DNA of 64,000 nt, taken from contig NC_086376.1 of NCBI RefSeq assembly GCF_036588685.1, forward strand, positions 22,568,001-22,632,000, written 5' to 3'. The DNA is from Mytilus trossulus. Taxonomy: Eukaryota. A program made the translations under genes and the position numbers. Positions 52,474-64,000 of the stretch are shown here, piece after piece (the first letter of the stretch is position 1; the number at the start of each line of letters is the position of its first letter). The notes beneath the pieces are model-generated. The model was not told where the DNA came from and ran no database searches. It worked only from the letters and a program-made list of their open reading frames with translations.

Positions 52474-54892
52474 GATTCCTAAAATAGTTAGAACAATCTT
52501 GTTGAGAGAAAATTACAGAATGACTTCTACTGTTTGCGTTACAGAATATATACCAGACAAACCTGTTATTTTTCACAGTTCTGAGTCACGTGATCTGATT
52601 CAAATGGCATTGTTACTAAATTAACGGGTCATATTGTTGAATAAAAATATGTTGACAGTACAAATTGTATTCATAGTTATAAAAAATATTTTGTTCGAAA
52701 ATATAGATATTGATAATACCAAAATTAACGTCAAGTAGAGCACAAAACGAATCAAAAATAAAGGCAACAGTAGTATACCGCGATAAAGATAGAGAAAAAA
52801 ACAAATCCGGGTTGCAAACTCAAACTGAGGTAAATGCATCATATATAAGAGAACTATGACACAACAGAACCACAGCATCTTAATCTTGAATGTTTTAGAA
52901 ATGCCCTAGATTTATTGGTACAAAAAAGAACTCACTGAGGCTTAAGCTTTGAAACTTCAAAACTACCTTTCGTCTACATGAGACACATAAGTTAAAATCG
53001 AATCAAACCAGTTAAACCCCCAATTAATATCGAAGTTGAGGAGTATTATAAGCAAACTTTTCGAATAGTTTTGTCAAAATTGTGTGTGTGTTTGTAAGGT
53101 TTTTTTGGGGGTATACACAACTTTATGACACTGTGTATGTGTCATTGAGTATAACCTTCCACTCTGAATAAAATTTCAAATGATAGAGGTCTCGGTGGCC
53201 AAGTGGTCTAAGTGGTTACTTCTTTAATCACAATTCTGTCAACATTAAAGTTGCTGGTTCGAAACTCGCTCGTATGTGTTAACTCGACTCAAATCTTAAT
53301 TGACTAGGATTGTCAGTTTCCAAACGAAGATCTGTAGTTTTCTCTTGGTTCAATGGCACCCTCCAGCAATAAAATATGGTCGCCAAGAAATAGCCCAAAA
53401 GTCGCTTTTAAAAATGGCGCTAAAACACCAACAATTAATCCATCTTAAGCTTTGTTTTTACATAACCTTTTTTTTTAAATATGTGCAGTGAATAGAAAGT
53501 TTTATTTTTTCAACTGCGCATTAAAAGAAAATTCATATGCATTTAGTGTGAAGCTATTAGAATTTTTGCAATTTTATCTATAATTGTAATAGAGTACAAT
53601 AGACTCGATTAACTTATATGTGCCCTTGAATATTGCGCACATAAAACTTATACAGTAAAATGAATCATAATAGAAAGCAGTATTCATAGATAAAACAGTA
53701 AACGTTCAATGAATTAATAGGTATAAATATACGTTATACTTTTTCTTGAAAACCATCAAACAATACGGCATATTGTGTATCATTTAACACTGAAACAATG
53801 AACATAAAAGATGTGTTATGATTGCCTATGATACAAGTTTCAACCAAAGACCAACCGACGTAAAGGGAAAAATAATATAACTCTATGGCCTTCATGCTAA
53901 TTTTTAAATTATTGTTCAATACTTCTCGTCAACATATTGTTGAAGGTGTACCAAAGTAATGTAGTACAAATCAACACCAATTTGTGGCTTTTAAATGTCA
54001 CTTGTCTTTCTCAAAATGTCAGCAGGTGTCATATATATAGACTTTATTATTATTATGACTTACATTTTGTTATAAGGCACATAAGATTAAAAATATGAGT
54101 GCGTTATCAATCTAGATTTGTTACGACACCACTTGTATAAAATGTTGTCGTCATTAACAGATTTGACTGTGGACCTAGTTGTCAAACGACACCTTCGTGC
54201 ACAGCCTGCAGAAACCCCTGAGGATCAAAACGAAAATTTTAAACACTAGAATACTGTTTCGAATAATATTACAAACAACTTAATTTTTTTTTTATAAACA
54301 AAATATATTTTTTGCACTTCTCTATTAGTTTGCCTATTTGTCTAAAGATTGGTTTGGCCATGAAGCTCAAGAAGCATTACAGTCCCTCCCAAATTATAAA
54401 CGAGCTAAGAACCAAAAGATGCTAAAGTATTAACATAACTCATAAGTCGAAAACAAAATACTAATGCAACCAAAAAACAACCAAAAGACGCTGTAAAAAA
54501 ACCAGCAACAAAACTTCAAACGTTTTAAATTCTTTTTTTATTAATTGTATATACAGTTGTAGGAACGGTGTAATGTTCCAGAGTATCTGTCATGATAACA
54601 GCCAAATGTCAATATTCCTTATTGACTCTAACCTCAAGAATTATATACATAAACTGTTACTATAGTATAATCCCTCAAATACAATTGAGTCTTTTCATGA
54701 TGCCGTTTTGCAGGTATCATTTAAAACAAAATAGTCCTTAGTTCGTCAAAATAATTATGTAAGTCAACGCTGCTGACGTATACAAATTGTCTAGTATCTT
54801 TACTTCGTTCGGCCATACTGCATGATAATTTTCAATTATTCAAAACCAGCAAAATTTTAAACTCACACTTGGTATTGTGAGATAAATTAAAA

Positions 54893-56074
54893 TCACCAAG
54901 CAGAAAACTCTTTCTGTATCTGACAAGATGAATAAAAAACATTAGAACTCGGTTTGAATGATGACAATGTACAGTATGTGGATGGTACAATGAATGAGTG
55001 CCCTCCTGATAAGGATTGAGAAACTGGAAACAGTGGATCGCTTCCGAATGACTGCATGACTGCTGGCAATTGCGTTCTTGTCGTTCCGAATGTAGATATA
55101 GGAGACTGAGTATTTTGATGTGAGTTGTAAGGTTTTGTATGCATAAAGGATCCTTTCATTGAGTATGGATGAAATCCAATTGGAGATGATGTCATTGGTA
55201 CATATCCGTTATTACTACGTGTGTAGAATTGATTAGATGAGCCATCGACGGTTTTTACAGAACTTTTTCTTGCTCTTCGCCTTGCATTTCGACGCCTGAA
55301 GTCTCCTTTTGCAAAATCCTCAATACATGCTAAGTGAACAGACCAATAGTTGCCTTTGCCGTTATCAGACCGGCCATTTTTCACGAAACATTCGTTGAGA
55401 GAAAGATTATGCCGTATGCTGTTCCTCCATGCTTTTTCTTTGTTATTGTAGAAGGGAAAATTATCCATTATGTATTGATATATATCATTGAGTAATAGTT
55501 TCTTGCTCGGTTTATTCAGTATTGCCATTGAAATCATAGCGATGTACGAGTGCGAAGGTTTCTTTTCGGTGGTACTTGAAGACAAGATATCCTTGACTGA
55601 TCTGTCTAACGATATCTGAACCTACGAAAATAAACAGAAATGTTATAGAAAATAAACCAAACAAACAATTTAGACATAAAAAGAGAGGGATCGATATTTA
55701 AAAATAATGATGATATTAATTAGTATCATTATCAATATTGACACTTTGCAACAAATAAAATGTAATTATTGGTGTGCATATAGTTGAAAACATGTATATG
55801 ATATATACATAAACTTCTTCGCCCTTTATTTATGCTAATTTTTTATCAAAGAAATAAATATCTTTTCTTTTAAAATAGCATAAAAAAATCCTCTACCAAT
55901 TTACCAACATACCTGTGCAATAGATTCATCACTGTCACTGTGGCTACTTTCACTTTCACTTGTGCAAAGAGACGGTGTCCAAACGTCATCACCTTCGCTT
56001 GAGAAAGAATCTCTTTTGACTCTATCTGTATCTCCCCTGTTCAAATAATAGATGCTTAAATGTGTATTATTCAT
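54893..56074 (-). CDS. FoxQ2: FoxQ2-class copy 11, intact (exon 1 56074-55913, exon 2 55621-54893)
   Basis: Complete two-exon ORF, canonical splice sites, forkhead domain. Confidence 0.9.
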
Positions 56075-58024
56075 GATTCCTAAAATTATTAGAACAATCT
56101 TGTTGAGAGAAAATTACAGAATGACTTCTACTGTTTGCGTTACAGAATATATACCAGACAAACCTGTTATTTTTCACAGTTCTGAGTCACGTGATCTGAT
56201 TCAAATGGCATTGTTTCTAAATTAACGGGTCATATTGTTGAATAAAAATATGTTGACAATACAAATTGTATTCATAGTTATAAAAAATATATTGTTCGAG
56301 AATATAGATATTGATAATACCAAAATTAACGTCATGAAGAGCACAAAACGAATCAAAAATAAAGGCAACAGTGGTATACCGCGATAAAGATAGAGAAAAA
56401 TAATAATCCGGGTTGCAAACTCAAACGGAGGGAAACGCATCATATATAAGAGAACTATGACACAACAGAACCACAACATCTTAATCTTGAATGTTTTAGA
56501 AATACCCTAGATTTATTGGTACAAAAAAGAACTCACTGCGGCTTAAGCTTTGAAACTTCAAATTAATATCGAAGTTGAGGAGTATTATAAGCAAACTTTT
56601 CGAATAGTTTTGTCAAAATTGTGTGTGTGTTTGTAAGGTTGGTTTTGTTTTTTGTTTTTTTTTTTTGGGGGGGGGGGGGGGTAAACACAACTTTATGACA
56701 CTGTGTATGTGTCATTGAGTATAACCTTCCACTCTGAATAAAATTTTAGTTGATAGATAGCGGTCTCGGTGGCCAAGTGGTCTAAGTGGTTACTACTTTA
56801 ATCACAATTCAGTCAACATTAAAGTTGCTGGTTCGAAACTCGGCATATTGTGTATTATTTAACACTGAAACAATGAACATAAAAGATGCGATATGATTGC
56901 CTATGATACAAGTCTCAACCAAAGACCAAACTACGTAAAGGGAAAAGAACTATATTATAACTCTATGGCCTTCATGCTTATTTTTAAATTATTGTTCAAT
57001 ACTACTCGTCAACATATTGTTGAAGGTGTACCAAAGTAATGTAGTACAAATCAACACCAATTTGTGGCTTTTAAATGTCACTTGTCTTTCTCAAAATGTC
57101 AGCAGGTGTCATATATAGACTTTATTATTATTATGACTTACATTTTGTTATAAGTAACATGATTAAAGATATGAGTGTGTTATCAAGCTAGATTTGTTAC
57201 GACACCACTAGTACTTGTATAAAATGTTGTCGTCATTAACAGATTTGACTGTAGACCTAGTTGTCAAACGACACGTTCGTACACAGCCTGCAGAAACCCT
57301 GAGTATCAAAACAAATATGTTAAACACTAGAATACTGTTTCGAATAATATTACAAACAACTTAATTTTTTTTTATAAACAAAATATATTTTTTGCACTTC
57401 TCTATTAGTTTGCCTATTTGTCTAAAGATTGGTTTGGCCATGAAGCTCAAGAAGCATTACAGTCGCTTTCAAATTATAAACGTGCTAAGTGAAGTTAATG
57501 TAATCAAGATCAGACACAGTGCATGGACATCTACAAAGAACCAAAAGATGCTAAAGTATTAACATAACTCATAAGTCGAAAACAAAATACTAATGCCATG
57601 GGTTAAAACAACCAAAAGACGCTGTAAAAAAATCAGCAACAAAACTTCAAATGTTAGAAATTCTTTTTTTAATTAATTGTATATACAGTTGTAGGAACGG
57701 TGTAATGTTCCAGAGTATCTGTCATGATAACAGCCAAATGTCAATATTCCTTATTGACTCCAAACTCAAGAATTATATACATAAACTGTTACTATAGTCT
57801 AATCCCTCAAATACAATTGAGTCTTTTCACAATGCCGTTTTGCAGGTATCATTTAAAACAAAATAGTCCTTAGTTCGTCGAAACAATTATGTAAGTCAAC
57901 GCTGCTGACGTATACAAATTGTCTAGTATCTTTACTTGGCTCGGCCATACTGCATGATAATTTTCAATTATTCAAAACCAGCAAAATTTTAAACTCACAC
58001 TTGGTATTGTGAGATAAATTAAAA

Positions 58025-59207
58025 TCACCAAGCAGAAAACTCTTTCTGTATCTGACAAGATGAATAAAAAACATTAGAGCTCGGTTTGAATGATGACAAT
58101 GTACAGTATGTGGATGGTACAATGAATGAGTGCCCTCCTGATAAGGATTGAGAAACTGGAAACAGTGGATCGCTTCCGAATGACTGCATGACTGCTGGCA
58201 ATTGCGTTCTTGTCGTTCCGAATGTAGATATAGGAGACTGAGTATTTTGATGTGAGTTGTAAGGTTTTGTATGCATAAGGGATCCTTTCATTGAGTATGG
58301 ATGAAATCCAATTGGAGATGATGTCATTGGTACATATCCGTTATTACTACGTGTGTAGAATTGATTGGATGAGCCATCGACGGTTTTTACAGAACTTTTT
58401 CTTGCTCTTCGCCTTGCATTTCGACGCCTGAAGTCTCCTTTTGCAAAATCCTCAATACATGCTAAGTGAACAGACCAATAGTTGCCTTTGCCGTTATCAG
58501 ACCGGCCATTTTTCACGAAACATTCGTTGAGAGAAAGATTATGACGTATGCTGTTCCTCCATGCTTTTTCTTTGTTATTGTAGAAGGGAAAATTATCCAT
58601 TATGTATTGATATATATCATTCAGCAATTTTTTCTTGCTCGGTTTACTCAGTATTGCCATTGAAATCATAGCGATGTACGAGTGCGAAGGTTTCTTGTCG
58701 GTGGTACTTGAAGACAAGATATCCTTGATTGATCTGTCTAACGATATCTGAACCTACGAAAATAAACAGAAATGTTATAGAAAACAAACCAAACAAAAAA
58801 TTTAGAAATAAAAAGAGAGGGATCGATATTTAAAAATAATGATGATATTAATTAGTATCATTATCAATATTGAGACTTTGCAACAAATAAAATGTAATTA
58901 TTGGTTTGCATATAGTTGAAAACCTGTATATGATATATACATAAACTTCTTCGCCCTTTATTTATGCTAATTTTTTATCAAAGAAATAAATATCTTTTCT
59001 TTTAAAATAGCATAAAAAAAATCCTCTACCAATTTACCAACATACCTGTGCAATAGATTCATCACTGTCACTGTGGCTACTTTCACTTTCACTTGTGCAA
59101 AGAGACGGTGTCCAAACTTCATCACCTTCGCTTGAGAAAGAATCTCTTTTGACTCTTTCTGTATCTCCCCTGTTTAAATAATAGATGCTTAAATGTGTAT
59201 TATTCAT
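58025..59207 (-). CDS. FoxQ2: FoxQ2-class copy 12, intact (exon 1 59207-59046, exon 2 58753-58025)
   Basis: Complete two-exon ORF, canonical splice sites, forkhead domain. Confidence 0.9.
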
Positions 59208-61132
59208 GATTCCTAAAATTATTGGAACAATCTTGTTGAGAGAAAATTACAGAATGACTTATACTGTTTGCGTTACAGAATATATACCAGACAAACCTGT
59301 TATTTTTCACAGTTCTGAGTCACGTGATCTGATTCAAATGGCATTGTTTCTAAATTAACGGGTCATACTGTTGAATAAAAATATATTGACAATACAAATT
59401 GTATTCATAGTTATAAAAAATATTTTGTTCGAAAATATAGATATTGATAATACCAAAATTAACGTCATGAAGAGCACAAAACTAATCAAAAATAAAGGCA
59501 ACAGTATACCGCGATAAAGATAGAGAAAAAAAACCAAATCCGGGTTTCAAACTCAAACTGAGGGAAACACATCATATATAAGAGAACTATGACACAACAG
59601 AACCACAACATCTTAATCTTGAATGTTTTAGAAATGCCCTAGATTTATTGGTACCAAAAAAAACTCACTGAGGCTTATGCTTTGAAACGTCAAAACTACC
59701 TTAGGAGGAGTATTATAAGCAAACTTTTGAATAGTTTTGTCAAAATTGTGTGTGTGTTTGTAAGGTTTTGTTTGTTGTTTTTTTTGGGGGGGGGGGGAAA
59801 CACAACTTTATGACACTGTGTATGTGTCATTGAGTATAACCTTCCACTCTGAATAAAATTTCAATTGATAGATAGAGGTCTCGGTGGCCATGTGGTCTAA
59901 GTGGTTACTACTTTAATCACAATTCAGTCAACATTAAAGTTGCTGGTTCGAAACTCGGCATATTGTGTTTCATTTAACACTAAAACAATGAACATAAAAG
60001 ATGTGATATGATTGCCTATGATACAAGTCTCAACCAAAGACCAAACGACGTAAAGGGAAAAAAACTATATTATAACTATATGGCCTTCATGCTAATTTTT
60101 AAATTATTGTTCAATACTACTCGTCAACATATTGTTGAAGGTCTACCAAAGTAATGTAGTACAAATCAACACCAATTTGTGGCTTTTAAATGTCACTTGT
60201 CTTTCTCAAAATGTCAGCAGGTGTCATATATAGACTTTATTATTATTATGACTTACATTTTGTTATAAGTAACATGATTAAAGATATGAGTGTGTTATCA
60301 ATCTAGATTTGTTACGACACCACTTGTATAAAATGTTGTCGTCATTAACAGATTTGACTGTAGACCTAGTTGTCAAAAGACACGTTCGTACACAGCCTGT
60401 AGAAACCCTGAGGATCAAAACAAATATGTTAAACACTAGAATACTGTTTCGAATAATATTACAAACAACTTAATTTTTTTTCATAAACAAAATATATTTT
60501 TTGCACTTCTCTATTAGTTTGCCTATTTGTCTAAAGATTGGTTTGGCCATGAAACTCAAGAAGCATTACAGTCGCTTTCAAATTATAAACGTGCTTAGTG
60601 AAGTTATTGTAATCAAGATCAGACACAGTGCATGGACATCTACAAAGAACCAAAAGATGCTAAAGTATTAACATAACTCATAAGTCGAAAACAAAATACT
60701 AATGCCATGGGTAAAAACAACCAAAAGACGCTGTAAAAAAATCAGCAACAAAACTTCAAATGTTATAAATTCTTTTTTTATTAATTGTATATACAGTTGT
60801 AGGAACGGTGTAATGTTCCAGAGTATCTGTCATGATAACAGCCAAATGTCAATATTCCTTATTGACTCCAAACTCAAGAATTATATACATAAACTGTTAC
60901 TATAGTCTAATCCCTCAAATACAATTGAGTCTTTTCACGATGCCGTTTTGCAAGTATCATTTAAAACAAAATAGTCCTTAGTTCGTCAAAACAATTTTGT
61001 AAGTCAACGCTGCTGACGTATACAAATTGTCTAGTATCTTTACTTAGTTCGGCCATACTGCATGATAATTTTCAATTATTCAAAACCAGCAAAATTTTAA
61101 ACTCACACTTGGTATTGTGAGATTAATTAAAA

Positions 61133-62315
61133 TCACCAAGCAGAAAACTCTTTCTGTATCTGACAAGATGAATAAAAAACATTAGAGCTCGGTTTGAATG
61201 ATGACAATGTACAGTATGTGGATGGTACAATGAATGGGTGCCCTCCTGATAAGGATTGAGAAACTGGAAACAGTGGATCGCTTCCGAATGACTGCATGAC
61301 TGCTGGCAATTGCGTTCTTGTCGTTCCGAATGTAGATATAGGAGACTGAGTATTTTGATGTGAGTTGTAAGGTTTTGTATGCATAAGGGATCCTTTCATT
61401 GAGTATGGATGAAATCCAATTGGAGATGATGTCATTGGTACATATCCGTTATTACTACGTGTGTAGAATTGATTGGATGAGCCATCGACGGTTTTTACAG
61501 AACTTTTTCTTGCTCTTCGCCTTGCATTTCGACGCCTATAGTCTCCTTTTGCAAAATCCTCAATACATGCTAAGTGAACAGACCAATAGTTGCCTTTGCC
61601 GTTATCAGACCGGCCATTTTTCACGAAACATTCGTTGAGAGAAAGATTATGCCGTATGCTGTTCCTCCATGCTTTTTCTTTGTTATTGTAGAAGGGAAAA
61701 TTATCCATTATGTATTGATATATATCATTCAGCAATAGTTTCTTGCTCGGTTTACTCAGTATTGCCATTGAAATCATAGCGATGTACGAGTGCGAAGGTT
61801 TCTTGTCGGTGGTACTTGAAGACAAGATATCCTTGACTGATCTGTCTAACGATATCTGAACCTACGAAAATAAACAGAAATGTTATAGAAAACAAACCAA
61901 ACAAAAAATTTAGAAATAAAAAGAGAGGGATCGATATTTAAAAATAATGATGATATTAATTAGTATCATTATCGATATTGACACTTTGCAACAAATAAAA
62001 TGTAATTATTGGTTTGCATATAGTTGAAAACCTGTATATGATATATACATAAACTTCTTCGCCCTTTATTTATGCTATTTTTTTATCAAAGAAATAAATA
62101 TCTTTTCTTTTAAAATAGCATAAAAAAAATCCTCTACCAATTTACCAACATACCTGTGCAATAGATTCATCACTGTCACTGTGGCTACTTTCACTTTCAC
62201 TTGTGCAAAGAGACGGTGTCCAAACTTCATCACCTTCGCTTGAGAAAGAATCTCTTTTGACTCTTTCTGTATCTCCCCTGTTCAAATAATAGATGCTTAA
62301 ATGTGTATTATTCAT
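61133..62315 (-). CDS. FoxQ2: FoxQ2-class copy 13, intact (exon 1 62315-62154, exon 2 61861-61133)
   Basis: Complete two-exon ORF, canonical splice sites, forkhead domain. Confidence 0.9.
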
Positions 62316-64000
62316 GATTCCTAAAATTATAGGAGCAATCTTGTTGGGAGAAAATTACAGAATGACTTATACTGTTTGCGTTACAGAATATATACCAGAC
62401 AAACCTGTTATTTTTCACAGTTCTGAGTCACGTGATCTGATTCAAATGGCATTGTTTCTAAATTAACGGGTCATATTGTTGAATAAAAATATGTTGACAA
62501 TAAAAATTGTATTCATAGTTATAAAAAATATCTTGTTGGAAAATATAGATATTGATAATACCAAAATTAACGTCATGTAGAGCACAAAACGAATAAAAAA
62601 TAAAGGCAACAGTAGTATACCGCGATAAAGATAGAGAAAAAAACAAATCCGGGTTGCAAACTCAAACTGAGGTAAATGCATCATATATAAGAGAACTATG
62701 ACACAACAGAACCACAGCATCTTAATCTTGAATGTTTTAGAAATGCCCTAGATTTATTGGTACAAAAAAGAACTCACTGAGGCTTAAGCTTTGAAACTTC
62801 AAAACTACCTTTCGTCTACATGAGACACATAAGTTAAAATCGAATCAAACCAGTTAAACCCCCAATTAATATCGAAGTTGAGGAGTATTATAAGCAAACT
62901 TTTCGAATAGTTTTGTCAAAATTGTGTGTGTGTTTGTAAGGTTTTTTTGGGGGTATACACAACTTTATGACACTGTGTATGTGTCATTGAGTATAACCTT
63001 CCACTCTGAATAAAATTTCAAATGATAGAGGTCTCGGTGGCCAAGTTGTCTAAGTGGTTACTTCTTTAATCACAATTCAGTCAACATAAAAGTTGCTGGT
63101 TCGAAACTCGCTCGTATGTGTTCACTCGACTCAAATCTTAATTGACTAGGATTGTCAGTTTCTAAACAAAGATCTCTAGTTTCCCTTGGTTCAATGGCAC
63201 CCTCCAGCAATAAAATATGGTCGCCACGAAATAGCCCGAAAGTCGCTTTTAAAAATGGCGCTAAAACACCAACAATTAATCCATCTTAAGCTTTGTTTTT
63301 GCATAACCTTTTTTTTTTAAATCTGTGCAGTTAATAGAAAGTTTATTTTTTTCAACTGCGCATTAAAAGAAAATGTATGTGCATTTTGTGTGAAGCTATT
63401 AGAATTTTTAAAGACCAAACGACGTAAAGGGCAAAAAACTATATATAACTCTATGGCCTTCATGCTAATTTTTAAATTATTGTTCAATACTACTCGTCAA
63501 CATATTGTTGAAGGTCTACCAAAGTAATGTAGTACAAATCAACACCAATTTGTGGCTTTTAAATGTCACTTGTCTTTCTCAAAATGTCAGCAGGTGTCAT
63601 ATATATAGAGACTTTATTATTATTATGCCTTACATTTTGTTATAAGGCACATACGATTAAAAATATGAAGGTGTTATCAATCTAGATTTGTTACGACACC
63701 ACTTGTATAAAATGTTGTCGTCATTAACAGATTTGACTGTGGACCTAATTGTCAAACGATACGTCCGTGCACAGCCTGCAGTAACCCTGATGATCGGAAT
63801 GAGTATGGTAAACACTAGAATGCTGTTTCGATTAATATAACAAACAACTTAATTTTGTTTTCATAAACAAAATGTAATTTTGGCACTTCTCTATTAGTTT
63901 GCCTATTTGTCTAAAGATTGGTTTGGCCATGAAGCTCAAAAAGCACTACAGCCGCTTTCATCAAGTGCGTTAGACAAAGATAATATCTTTATTTAGCTTG

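Larger units (their letters stand above)
40540..55170. repeat. Tandem duplication of a 7.2-kb two-gene unit
   Basis: Constant offsets of 7204-7205 between copies 7/9, 8/10 and 9/11, and between spacer ORFs (41816/49021, 43126/50331, 46095/53300). Confidence 0.9.

Noticed and set aside
40485-62315. Whole array as an assembly artefact
   Set aside because: Copies carry private substitutions, indels and TE insertions and fall into several subtypes. Only the youngest duplications (7.2-kb dimer, 3.1-kb pair) still need read-level confirmation.

Overview
AT-rich animal genomic DNA, probably a bivalve mollusc of the Mytilus type (inferred from the repeat families, not proven). The whole 64 kb is a head-to-tail tandem array of 13 compact two-exon FoxQ2-class forkhead genes, all on the minus strand. 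Each gene has a 162-nt exon 1 (54 aa, acidic/Ser-rich), a phase-0 GT-AG intron of about 250-300 nt, and a 729-nt exon 2, giving a 296-aa protein. The ORF track shows only exon 2 from a false TTG or internal start. Ten copies are intact and three are disrupted: copies 1 and 3 by +2 frameshifts, copy 4 by an in-frame TAG that the ORF track hides. Every copy keeps the same TATA/Inr/E-box/Sox core promoter, and every spacer keeps one ~170-bp conserved non-coding block. The array is built from 3.1-kb and 3.6-kb units, a 7.2-kb dimer duplication and an older ~12-15-kb segmental duplication, with crossover points inside exons that create hybrid genes. The spacers carry datable insertions: a TA-TSD MITE, a TGT..ACA foldback element, a 5'-truncated L1/Tx1-type LINE with TSD and poly(A), Penelope-like RT relics, tRNA-derived SINEs and retrozyme-type hammerhead ribozymes. 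Coordinates were read by eye and identity levels are visual impressions, not computed.
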